From Octopus sinensis (taxonomy: Eukaryota), in NCBI RefSeq assembly GCF_006345805.1, contig NW_021823647.1, positions 1 to 22,206 of the forward strand: 22,206 nucleotides of DNA, in the 5' to 3' direction. The notes under the pieces were generated by a model, which was not told the origin of the DNA, searched no databases, and worked only from the letters and a program-made list of their open reading frames with translations. The position numbers and the translations under genes were made by a program. Below, piece after piece: positions 1-12,079 of this stretch (the first letter of the stretch is position 1; every line of letters begins with the position of its first letter).

Positions 1-3000
1 CAAATAACCCTCTCGTTACCTGCCCGGACAAATTGCCTAGCGACATTTCTTCCGGCTCTTCACGTTTTGAGTTCAAGTTCCGCCCAAGTCCAACGTAGCT
101 TTTCGTCCGTTCGGAGTTGATAAAATAAGTATCAGTCGATCTTGGGTCAATACAACCAAATAACCCTCTCCCAAAACATTTCAGGCCTTGCGCCAATTCT
201 AGAAAGTGTTATCATTATTACCTTGAGGTGGCGAGCTGGCAGGATCGTTTGCCTTTAGCAGCGTTTCCCTTGGCTTATGAATTCAAATTCCTGCTGAGGC
301 CATCGTTACCTTTCATCCTTTCGGGGTCGATAAAATAAAGTACATATTGCTTCATTACTGAGGCATCGAGTTAGTAGAATCGTCAGAGCGGCAGGGGGAA
401 AAACGCTTTGTGGTTTTGTTCTAGTTTTTTACTTTCTGAGCTCTAATCACACTAGAGACAGCCTTGCATTTCGCCTATCCAAAATAGATTAAAGAAAGAA
501 CCATTCAAACATGGAGTGGATGGTGTCGACTGCTGGCCGTGTACTTAATTCAGAAATTCCTATTATCTCCGTATTTCCGTATGTGTATGGATATTTCAGT
601 CGTATACATGGATTTGGAATTTTGCGTATTTGTATTTTTAGGGAATCAGTATTGCCGCCATTAAATGCCTTGCAACGTTTATATACCTCTCTGCGTTTTG
701 AGATCGAACGCCACCAAGATCAACCTTGTCTATATCCCCGGGGTCGATAAAATAGGTACTAGTTATATACTGAGGGTTTTCTTTATTTTTTACTCTGTAC
801 TTCATCCCACCTCCAAAAACAGTGTTTGGGCCTTATGACAATGTAGAACCTTATTATTATTATCATGATTACTGGCAGATACGTTACCGCGTTGGACGAA
901 ATGCTTAGAAGTATTTCTTCCCGCCTAACGTTCTGAGTTCAAATGCCGCCGAGGTCGACTTTGTCTTTCATCCTTTCGAGGTGGAATATTGGAATCAATG
1001 TAATCACATAACCCTTTCCACAAAATTCCAGGCCATTGTGCCTATAGTAGAAAGAACTACTACCAAGGGCAAGGACAGTGGTTTGGTGGAATCGTTAGAG
1101 CATCCGGCTGGCAACGTTTTGCGCTCAAAATCCTGCCACGGTCAACCTTGTCCTTTAACCTTTCGGGATCGATAAAATAAGTACCAGTCAAACATTGAGA
1201 TCGATGGCATCAACTAACCGCACCATCAAAATTACTGGCCTTGTGCCAAAAGTAGGAACTGCTATTATTAAAACAGGCGACGAACCGACAGAAACTGTAA
1301 GGACTTCGGACCAAATGCTTCGATATTTGTTCTGACTCTTTAAATTAGGAACCTTTATTTAGAGGGCAATGGACATTACAAATAGAATTATTAGTGATGG
1401 CTTAAATACCGTTATTTGATGGCGTAAAAAAAACAGGTGATCATATTAGATCCATCCCAATTTCACCAGCTTACATTCGGGTATAAAAATGTTTTTAAAG
1501 TATTAAAGCTTATGGGAGGCTCGACTTCACATGTAGGACTCGGGGTTAGATTTTAAAGATTAAGGGACGGAGTTCAACTCCCACCAAGGTCAACTTTCAT
1601 CCTTTCGCGGCTGATTAAATGAAGTAGAGATCAAATACTGAGTATCAACTAACACTCCTCCCCATCCCCCTCTACAGACACACACATGCACATCTATACA
1701 TACATTTGTGGGGAAAACCAAAAGGCGCATCTTGTATGTCATCAAATTCGGTAGCTTGCACTCCAGTTTTTAGCTTCGTCCCTTAAAGATTCTAACTTCG
1801 AATCCTACTAGAATTGACATTGTCTTTTACTCGTCGGGAATCATAACAAAAATACCAGTAATATAATGAGGTAGAATTTTAATTGACTACTGCTTCATGG
1901 CCACGATCACCACCTATACCAAGATATACGGCAATGCACCAATTTTAAATATGATAAGATATTCAACGGACAGAGTCGGTGAGCTGGCAGAATTGTTAGA
2001 TAAGTGCTTTATTCACTTTATTATTATTAGTTTGTTTGGGTTTTTTTCGGATTTGCTCCGTACCTTAATGTTCTGAGTTCAACTCCCACCAAGGTCAACT
2101 TTCATCCTTTCGCGGCTGATTAAATAAAGTGGAGATCAAATACTGAGTATCAACTAACACTCCTCCCCATCCCCCTCTACAGACACACACATGCACATCT
2201 ATACATACATTTGTGGGGAAAACCAAAAGGCGCATCTTGTATGTCATCAAATTCGGTAGCTTGCACTCCAGTTTTTAGCTTCGTCCCTTAAAGATTCTAA
2301 CTTCGAATCCTACTGAGATTGACATTGTCTTTTACTCGTCGGGGATCCATAACAAAAATACCAGTAATATAATGAGGTAGAATTTTAATTGACTACTGCT
2401 TCATGGCCACGATCACCACCTATACCAAGATATACGGCAATGCACCAATTTTAAATATGATAAGATATTCAACGGACAGAGTCGGTGAGCTGGCAGAATT
2501 GTTAGATAAGTGCTTTATTCACTTTATTATTATTAGTTTGTTTGGGTTTTTTTCGGATTTGCTCCGTACCTTAATGTTCTGAGTTCAACTCCCACCAAGG
2601 TCAACTTTCATCCTTTCGCGGCTGATTAAATAAAGTGGAGATCAAATACTGAGTATCAACTAACACTCCTCCCCATCCTCCTCCACACACACACACATAC
2701 ACACACACATCTATACATACATATCTAAAACTACTTGTGGCAAAATTTGTAACTATAATTTGCTTCAATTGTTAAGGCGGCGACCTAGGAGAATCGCTAG
2801 AGCGGCGGACAAACAATTTTTACGTATTTGTTCCGGCTCATTATGTACTAAAGTTCAAATCCCGCCGATGTTAACTTTGTCTTTCATCTTTTCACGGTCG
2901 ATAAAGTAAGTACTTGAGTTGATAGAATGGACTAACCCCTTTCCCTTAAAAATTGCTGAATTTTTGGCTAAAATTTGAAAGCATTATTAACTAGGTTACA

Positions 3001-3480
3001 GAAAGGTAAAAATAGAAGAATATTACAAATATTTATTTTAAAAAACCGCATATTTGATTACGTCTCTCTGCGTTCTGAGTTCGAATTCTATATGGTTCCA
3101 GTTTAACTTTCGTCATTTCAGAACAGATGATAATACAAATTTTAGTAAAATATTGATCAATGAATCGATCGATCGATTACAAATCGACTACATCTTTGTT
3201 CTAAAATAAATTTTGTTTGCTGCTCGTATTGGAAATCAATTTTAATATTTTGCGCCTTTTTATTGAATAGAATCGTTAGCAACGCCGAGCAAAATGCTTA
3301 GCAACATTTCGTCCGTCTTTACGTTCTGAGTTCTAATTCTACCAAGGTCCAATTTCAGCTCTCATCCTTTCGTGTTCGATAAAGTAAGTACCAGTTAAGC
3401 ACTGAGGTTGATGTAATCCGCTTACCCGACTCCGCGAAAAGTTGCTGGCCTTGTGCCAAAATTTGAAACCAATATTTTAC
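1..3480 (+). mobile_element. Cluster of ~15 degenerate tRNA-derived SINE copies/fragments, all on +
   Basis: Recurrent variants of head AAGGCGGCGAGCTGGCAGAATCGTTAG, B-box-like GAGTTCAAATTCC, core GGTCGACTTTGCCTTTCATCCTTTCGGGGTCGATAAAATAAGTACC and tail GCTGGCCTTGTGCCAAAA at about 20-212, 224-350, 360-395, 690-780, 868-1050, 1060-1270, 1272-1350, 1570-1660, 1745-1890, 1974-2170, 2250-2395, 2480-2680, 2773-2988, 3050-3190, 3262-3478 (boundaries approximate). Same head/core as the young copies at 12080 and 18714. Confidence 0.85.
1570..2720 (+). repeat. Tandem duplication, ~2.3 copies of a 505/506-bp unit
   Basis: GAGTTCAACTCCCACCAAGGTC starts at 1570, 2075 and 2581. Copies 1 and 2 differ at only a few spots; the third copy diverges after about 2680-2720. 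Confidence 0.95.
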
Positions 3481-3835
3481 ACTGTTAAATAAATTAATAA
3501 ATAACTCTTTAAATTATTTATTTATTAGTTTAGTCGTTGTTGCTGCTGTCTTCTTCTAATCAGGACTCACGCCATTAACCACATAGAATAATCTCTAATT
3601 CGAGCCTACTCTAAGCTACTAAGAATGCGTGTGGCAACTTGAAGATTCTCCTACCACACGCGATAGACTGTCGGTTGCACGGGCGCGAAAACTACATTGT
3701 TATCCTCATTCCGTAAATGGTGGTTTTTAACGGGTGGAAAGCTGAACCATCCTGGGGGTACAGAGGATTCGCAATCTAGACTAGGGTCTGAAAGTTTACC
3801 ACACCATAGTGGGTTCCACCATGGTTCCTCTGCTT

Positions 3836-4032
3836 TGTGACAGAAGTAGGAAGAAAGAGTGAGAGAAAGTTGTGTTGAAAGAGTACAGCGGGGTTCACCC
3901 ACCCACTTCATCGGAACCTAGTGGAGTTTAGGTGTTTTTGCTCAATAAACACTCACAGTGCCCGGTCTGGGAATCGAAACCGCGTTCTTACGACCGCGAG
4001 TCCGCTGCCCTAACCACTGGGCCATTGTGCCC
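3836..4032 (-). mobile_element. tRNA-derived SINE, 5' ~200 bp (second family)
   Basis: Minus strand reads GGGCACAATGGCCCAGTGGTTAGGGCAGCGGACTCGCGGTCGTAAGAACGCGGTTTCGATTCCCAG: clear A and B boxes followed by a non-tRNA body and no CCA or acceptor stem. Confidence 0.85.
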
Positions 4033-4267
4033 CACCGTTGCTGCTTTTGGTGTTTTTCCATCCAATGTGTTGAAAATGATTTAGCACTTTTTGCAGATCC
4101 GTTGGGTGGTATTACTAGCAAGTCGAGAAGTAAGTATGCGAGTATTTCATCTTATTACTGCCGACGCCGGTGTTACCCCCAGCTGGCAACTGAGAGGACA
4201 CAAGGGGACTTTCAAGTACTTCGTACTCAATAAACGAATGATATATGGGGGTGGGGTGGGATTTGTA

Positions 4268-4333
4268 AATACATATACATATACATCTATATGTATATCT
4301 ACATATACATATATATATATACGTACGTGTATA

Positions 4334-4379
<46 letters not shown>

Positions 4380-4733
4380 GCATATATACACATATATATA
4401 CACATATATATACACATACATATAGATATAAACACATAAGTGTGTATAAAAAATATTTATACGTATACATACATATATATGCACACACAATATAGATATA
4501 TATGTGTATATGTATATATATATATTTATATATATATGTGTGTGTGTGTGTGTACATATATGTGTACGCACACTTGTAGACAGAGATCTATATGTGTATA
4601 TATATATGCATATATACATGTAAATATATATATATATATATATATATATCTATATATATATATATATAATATATATATATTATATATATATATATTATAT
4701 ATTATATATATATATATATATACCTATACACAT
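4268..4733. repeat. Compound (TA)n/(TACA)n/(TG)n microsatellite
   Basis: Direct reading; source of the Y/I-rich ORFs. Confidence 0.95.
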
Positions 4734-5382
4734 ATGCAAAATCATTTCTTTCAAACATGTCGTATTGAAGATCCGACCGAGATCGAGTATGGACCACACA
4801 CTGTAACATGGAACCGAACGCGAAACAAAACCAAACAGAAAAAAACATTATTCGACAACACAGCCATATGTATAAAATGCCACAAAATAAAGTTGTAGAT
4901 ATGTTATGAAAATTTATTTATATCACAATACAAACCAAAATCAAGCCAGGATTACAGAACATGTGAAATAGATTATGAAAGTAACCAGAAGTTAGCTGTT
5001 AAATAATTTTATGTGAGGCGATGATGATTTTACGAGTTACAAATTCAGTCTTATGATTACTTGTTGCTTAATACAAAATGCTTCAAGAATGTGCTATTAT
5101 CACCGTCCCGTTCAGGAGATGGTAGTTAGGAGATGATAGTCTTTAAACGCTGATTAGTTTAGGAATGTTATTGGTCTCAACTAAACACGAGGGACACGGT
5201 CGTGTTTTCAATGTGTGCGTGTGAGTGTGTATGTGTGTGTGTGAGTGCGTGTGCATGTGTATATATGCAGACACACGCATTATTTGTGAGAATATACATA
5301 TAAGCGTGTGTATATATACAAATATACATATACATTTTATATATATATATATATCGTTTTATATATACATATATATATATAT

Positions 5383-5423
5383 TCTTTTACTTGTTTCAGT
5401 CATTTGACTGCGGCCATGCTGGA

Positions 5424-5426
<3 letters not shown>
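5383..5426 (-). mobile_element. SINE 3' tail fragment (TGCTCCAGCATGGCCGCAGTCAAATGACTGAAACAAGTAAAAG)
   Basis: Same sequence recurs degenerate at about 15757-15840 and 16521-16611; the latter joins the GGGGTCGATT..TTCGACT SINE core. Confidence 0.7.
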
Positions 5427-5489
<63 letters not shown>

Positions 5490-5590
5490 TGCAGGGTAAT
5501 ATCAAATATATATATATATATATATACACACGTAGAAATATATATGTATACATATAACTATGATATAATATAATGTAACATAATATAAAA
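5427..5590. repeat. (TA)n microsatellite
   Basis: Direct reading. Confidence 0.95.
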
Positions 5591-5639
5591 TAAAACATAT
5601 GTAAGAACCCCAATATTCTCCTTTCGTCAGTTTGGGGTC

Positions 5640-6121
5640 ACTTCTGAAAAATTATTTAGAAACACATCTTTCATAACAGCAACAACAACAACAACAACAA
5701 AAATAATAATAATATAATAACAACAAAAATTATAATTTTTATTGTCATCATTATTACTATTATTTCTCCGATAGTTTTCAACGAATCTACGTAATAAGAG
5801 CGTCCATTAAATATCTTGTTCAATTAAATTTAGGTTAAATTTGCAAAAAAGAAAAAAATCGCCAAAAAAAAAAATGAAATAACAACAAGAAAAAGTATCA
5901 GCTTTTGGTTTGTTTCTTTGCTTGCTTTTTGCGAACGATTACTTTACGACAGATCTGGCTTCTTCGCTTCCTCTCTTCCAGTGAGTGTTCAGTACACACA
6001 TACGCTCATACACACAGCTACACGCATTTAAATTTATATATATAAACTTCCAGGTTTCTTTTCTTGTGAGTTACATCATTACAACGGCCTGGTGTGGATT
6101 GAAGAAACTGACTCTGGAATT

Positions 6122-6154
<33 letters not shown>

Positions 6155-6716
6155 TAATAATAATAATAATAATAATAATATAGTAACGACTGGCGATGCT
6201 ATGAGATAATTCTCAAAGATGCTGCATCTTTGAATACTGGTACTGTCTTGGCAAATATCTCCCGGAATCAGTTGATACAACAATGTTAAAAACGGAAAAA
6301 GTGGAAATGATATTCCGAAACGAAACCAAAAAAGAAAACTATAATGATAATGATAATTAATAAGTTTATTGTGGAAAGAATTTCTGTTTGTACTACTTAA
6401 ACGCTAATTACGAGATTAAAATGAATACCTGCGAAATTTTTAAGAAAAATAATTATTTAAAAAAAGCGTAATAAAGAAATCGTGAAGCTTCGAAAGAAAC
6501 CAAAAAGTAAGTCATCATAAATATCTACAATTGATTGGAAATGACCAGGTGGACGACGAATCATTAGCTGAGTCATAGAATTTGTGAAGACGAACGCCAA
6601 ATGTGACATTTGTAAACAACTACGACAAATGCGTAAGGGGAATCATAATAAATTTGTTTTTAAAATTTCCAAAAATAATCAGACGACAAACAACAAAGTG
6701 AATCTTGAAATGAAAT

Positions 6717-6747
<31 letters not shown>

Positions 6748-7907
6748 TAATAATAACAGTAACCAAGTCAAGTAATATTACACCAAATGACCCCCAGATT
6801 TAAAAAAAAAAATGCGTGGCATAAATTGGATAGAAATGAAGGACATCTGTGAAAAAGAGATGATTCAAAAACATGTTTCAAAAAATTAAATAAAATTTTC
6901 AAAATATGAATAGAAAATATGGAAAAAAAATAACAAAAGACTAAAACGATAGACATTTGTGGAAAAGAGAGACGATTCGAAAAATGTTTTTAAAAAATTA
7001 AATTTAAAAAATATGAAAACAAAATATGAAAAAAGTTACAAAAGAAGAAAATCATTTCGATGTATTTAATATATACGTACACATACAAGTACACACATAC
7101 ACATACACACATATATATATATATCATATATATTATCTACATGCAAACGTATCCTTACGTACGTCAATTTTTTTACTGAAACAAAACAACAAAAGTGAAC
7201 TAACAATGGCAAGACAAAACCGAAACGTCTTACTTCAGTTTTCAATGAAAATCAAAAAAAAGTTATCAAATTTCATTTTCCAATGAAAAAAAGATTCAAA
7301 ATTCCAAAAAAAAAAATAACAATAATAATAATGCAGATAACCAACCAACCAAAAAAACAAAATCATTTTTTTAAAGCATTCAATGGATTTTTTTCTCTTA
7401 TTACTTTTATTGTTTTGTATGTGTGTGTGAGTCTTTATAATCTGGTTTTACGATGAAAGACTGCAACGTTTGTGTTTTTACTGATATTTAATCAGATTGT
7501 TTCAATTTAAATTTGAATGAAATTTTATTTCTAAAAGAAAGACCATGTTAGGTTGTGTAACAAATAACCTTTTTGTGTTCAGCTAAATCACAGAATTGTT
7601 AACAACTATTCCTCCCCCCCCCCCGCCGCCCGCCCGGTCTTTTGTCCCCCCCTTCATTTTTTTTTTTTATGAATTCTTCATTTCATTATTTATAATATTG
7701 AACTAGTTACTGCTGCTGTTGTTGTTGTTGTTGTTGTTGTTGCTGTTCTCGTCGTTGTTGTTGATATAGGCACTACATTGCACCAAAACTAACCTAGAGA
7801 AAGAACCACCAACTTAAAAATAAATAAAAAAAAATAAAACAAAACGAGATGAAAAACAAAAAAAGTGTAAAAAAAAAAAAGAAAAGAAGAAGAAAAGTGA
7901 AAACGAA
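5640..7907 (-). other. Putative long 3' UTR of a minus-strand gene
   Basis: About 2.3 kb with no recognisable TE, strongly A-rich on + (U-rich on -), directly downstream of the candidate stop at 7908. Minus-strand AATAAA at 5738-5743 and 6365-6370. True 3' end unknown. Confidence 0.4.
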
Positions 7908-8005
7908 CTAACACATCGGAGAATCGAACTCTTGAACTTGAGGAGGAGTTTGTAACTTTATGTGTTTGGCAACCCTACGTGGGGAACATAGAGAGACGGG
8001 AACAT
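7908..8005 (-). CDS. Candidate last coding exon, (D)VPVSLCSPRRVAKHIKLQTPPQVQEFDSPMC*; protein unidentified
   Basis: Strong acceptor on minus (CATAACTTTAGTTTCATTTTCTTTCGACAG|AT at 8006/8005), 98 nt = 2 nt + 32 codons ending TAG at 7910-7908, balanced GC against very AT-rich flanks, followed by a UTR-like block. No homology recognised; an alternative frame closes after 15 codons. Confidence 0.5.
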
Positions 8006-8089
8006 CTGTCGAAAGAAAATGAAACTAAAGTTATGGATTATCTCCCATCAGGGAATTTTTGGAGATATTCGCAACCATTATATGACTAT

Positions 8090-8855
<766 letters not shown>

Positions 8856-9449
8856 ATGTTAATATATACAAAACACATTCATATACGTTTATGCATACAT
8901 AAGGTATGTTTACTGTTTATATATCGGGGAGAAAAACAAACGTGTTTCAATGAAACTATACAGCTATACATTATTCACTCATCACACAACAACATATACA
9001 CTCACTCAACATACATCCACATATACACTCACTTTTTCTGTTGAATAAATATGGAATTAAGTCTTAAACAACATCATCATTGTTCTTTGAACATTGTGGT
9101 AGGAGAGCGACTGAATGAAGGGGAGATAACCAGGAAATGAATGTACACATGGCTGAATTAGTAGAACACTGGACACTTATTCCTTGAGGTTGGTGGTTCG
9201 TTTCCACTCCCAGCTATTATCATGTTTTAAAATTAAGTTGTTGTTGGTTGTAGCCCCAAATTAAAGCATATTGAGCGCATACATTTATGAGGTACTATGA
9301 GGCATATTGAGCACATATACATGTATGAGGCACTGATAGTCAGCCGAGCGTATATATATGAGCCACTGGTCTATTGCTTTAGATACACCGTGTCTCTGCC
9401 TAACTAAATGCCATACCTCAACAATCCAACGTGATATGAATAATCGTAA

Positions 9450-10050
9450 ACGATTCGTTTGCTAATACCTCGGCAAACTTCACTGATGAAGTTCAACAAT
9501 ACTAAAATATGCTCGGAGTTGCCTCCCGTACATTTCTGAAACTGTAAAAAAAAAAAAAAACACCAGTCCTTAACTAATATTATTTTCTTTCACCACGTGT
9601 TTGATCTTTTTTTAAGTTGTCAATATTCCATCCATAAAATAATCTTTCACTCACTTGTGTGTACTTGAATATGGGCCACCTTTTAGGACCGTTAAGTTAA
9701 TCTTTCCTACTGGTAGCCTGGTAAATAATGTCATGTCACGTAAGAAGGTAGCAACGTCATATCTCGTGAGAAGGTAGCATCTAACGGACATTTTGCAATT
9801 TGGAAGGCAATCGTTGATGATGTGGTGCTAATATCTTCCGTACTGATGCGGCACATTCGTCGTTTTCTTTTTAATAATTTCTAACTCGGGTGTTGTTTGT
9901 GTGCAACCTCATGTTAGCTCTTATTGAGAACGTCTATAACACGCAACTTGTCAGCAGGGCATGTATATGCGAACCATAGATTTGTTGCTTCAAATGCTCC
10001 ATATCTCTTCCTAGATAAAAACCCACATCGCAACATTCGGACATGGTGAA
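9450..10050 (-). mobile_element. R4/Dong-like LINE relic A (CCHC knuckle / RLE region)
   Basis: Frameshifted minus translation CRISTEDI..HIINDC..KMSVRCYLLTRYDVA matches the C-x2-C..H..C + RHD region of RLE-type non-LTR elements; alignable by eye to 11560-12060. Confidence 0.75.
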
Positions 10051-10299
10051 GTATTACAATTTGAGTACATCCTACTCTCTTCACTGCACTTAACTGTCCA
10101 CTCAATGTAGAGTCTGAAGGAATGGACAGGTCTGATGCTTCAGGTGGTGACCACTGCAATGGTAGGTAAGGCTGTCTTAGACTGAGACTATTCTGCTCCC
10201 CTGGCAGAATTGTATGGTTCAGTGCTGTACACAACGGTAACTTCGTAAACTTGGCAAGTTACCATTATCTTGCAGCACTACTGAATTTTCAATCCTTCC

Positions 10300-10560
10300 T
10301 CTTAATCTTGGTGGTCTCAGTGCCTTGGAACTGGCTGGCCTCGTACCTCCACCACTCAGGCATCTCTGAACTATTCGTCTCTCCTCTTCTCGTCACCTTT
10401 ATTTCATTCAACCCCATCTTTTGACCTTGCACTAAACGCTATATCCAGTCCTTTCTCCCCGGAACATCGGCGCCTTTGGAATCTACTCCCTATTCTGCTT
10501 TTCCTGTACGTGTTGACCTGTATCAGTTTAAACATCGGTGCCGGAGAACCTTCAAGAGTC
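10300..10560 (+). mobile_element. Decayed CR1-clade LINE ORF2 3' end
   Basis: Composite translation ELAGLVPPPLRH..RLSSSRH..PCTKRYIQSFLPGTSA/LWNLLP/SAFPVRVDLYQFK resembles the CR1 C-terminal SFFPRT..LWN.LP...FP...L..FK pattern; may extend upstream to about 10150. Confidence 0.6.
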
Positions 10561-11084
10561 ATGGGCATGGCCCATTCTTCCAAAGTCAGCACTTAAAAAA
10601 GAAAGGGAAATGGTGATGAGAAACCACTGTAGTTGTGTAATACATTTTAGTTCCTACACGAACAGTAGCGTATCTTCCCTTATGTATCAACGACCCAAAC
10701 TGAGTCACAGAATGGACTATCAACATATTATGATGTAAGGGTGAATAAAATGGCGGAAACGATAGAGCATTGAAGTAAACATGTTTCAGTAATTACAGAG
10801 TTCTGTCCTTCTACAGTCTGAATTTTCAAACCACCGAGATTCACTTCCACTTTCTTTTCTCCAAGGTTGGTATAGCAAGTACTCGTAATATTGCTTCAGT
10901 ACACTCGTAGTTTATTAAAAGTAAAATTTTCAAGTGTTTATAAGATTTTACTTCACCCATTAGAATATTTTTAATGGATGACGTAAAAACTCCTGAGTGG
11001 GTACTCTGAGTGAGTAAATGTTCTTTGCGGTTTAAGAGAGCTGGACTAACCAACAAAAACAGAAACTGGAGACAGAAACACTCA

Positions 11085-11180
11085 TCATAGCAGCAGGAAG
11101 TTATATACAGGAACGTTATATACAGGAAGTTTATATATACAAACTAGAGGACAACCACAACATTAATAGAGGAGGCATCG
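11085..11180 (+). mobile_element. Short R4/Dong-like fragment B, inverted relative to relic C
   Basis: ATACAAACTAGAGGACAACCACAACATTAATAG matches the reverse complement of about 12505-12575 (ATACAAACTAGAGGATGCCAACAACGTTAATAG). Confidence 0.55.
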
Positions 11181-11211
11181 TATAACTATTTAGCTTTTAA
11201 ACAACTCTATT

Positions 11212-11231
11212 TCTCTTTCTCTCTTTCACTC

Positions 11232-11274
<43 letters not shown>

Positions 11275-11287
11275 ACTCTTCTCTCTC

Positions 11288-11318
<31 letters not shown>
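11212..11318. repeat. (CT)n followed by (ATCT)n microsatellite
   Basis: Direct reading. Confidence 0.95.
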
Positions 11319-11329
11319 CCTAACAAATA

Positions 11330-11541
11330 CGGTAGGTGCTGAAAAGTTCCTGGCTTTAAAGGTATCGGGAAAGGCCTGACTAGAGGCCAAACCTTTCGAG
11401 TTCATTTACAGGGCTTAGGAAAACTGAAGAAGCGCCGCAATAAATGTGTGAATCTGAGAATATGTTGGATAAAATCATAATTAACTGATCCGCCTGTATT
11501 TTTCTTTAACCCAAAGCCAAGAACTTTTCAGTAACCCTTCG
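11330..11541 (+). mobile_element. Mariner-derived MITE (internally deleted), 212 bp
   Basis: Imperfect 28/29-bp TIRs (CGGTAGGTGCTGAAAAGTTCCTGGCTTT 11330-11357; reverse complement of 11513-11541 CGAAGGGTTACTGAAAAGTTCTTGGCTTT), TA on both sides (11328-29, 11542-43), and internal LQGLGKLKKRRNKCVNLR resembling the mariner transposase C-terminus (GI.KL..RW.KCV...GDY). Confidence 0.85.
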
Positions 11542-12079
11542 TATATATTTCTATAGATTTATTAATGATTCGTTCGCGAATAACTCGGCAAACTACATCT
11601 TCGCTGATGAAGCTCAACAATACTAAAATATATTCAGAGTTGCCTCCCGTACATCTCTGAAAATTAGGGAAAAAATAAGACTCCGTGACTAATGTAAATT
11701 TTCTTTCACCACATATTTGATCCTTCTTTAAGTCGTCAATATTCCATCGATGAAATAATCTTTCACTCACTTGTGTACATAATAATATGGAACATCTTTT
11801 AGGGATGATAAAATTATCTTTCTTGTTGATGACCTTGTGAATAATTTTGGCAACAATGTCATGTCTCATGAGAAGATAGCAGCTTACGGACATTTTGGAG
11901 CAGTCGCTGATGGTTTAGAGGTGATATCATCCATACTGATAGGGTATATTCAACATTTCCTATCACAGTATGAATGTTTGGAGACAATATTATCTCTTTC
12001 ATTGAGTTAATAGCTCTTTCTTGTTCCTAGGTAAATGGAATGTAATGTATCTATCATAGGTCCAAGAAGAATTATTCCT

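Noticed and set aside
1570-2720. CRISPR-like or other prokaryotic array
   Set aside because: Repeats are SINE relics and a long tandem unit; there are no short identical repeats with unique spacers, and the context is eukaryotic.
3961-4032. Possible tRNA gene
   Set aside because: A/B boxes are present but there is no acceptor stem and it continues into a SINE body; the same applies to the other SINE heads.
4091-4898. Long Y/I/H/C/V-rich ORFs here and at 8086-8819, 15445-16368, 17493-17792 and 20798-22163
   Set aside because: Stop-free frames of microsatellites.
5952-6123. Possible plus-strand small exons (ACAG|...CCA|GTGAGT and CCAG|...GGAATTTGA)
   Set aside because: Moderate splice signals, unrecognisable short peptides, and conflict with the minus-strand UTR interpretation.
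11035-11100. ETETLIIAA resembling the R4 ETEG.IIAAQ motif
   Set aside because: The adjoining nucleotides align to a different part of relic C (12505-12575), so the peptide match is probably coincidental.
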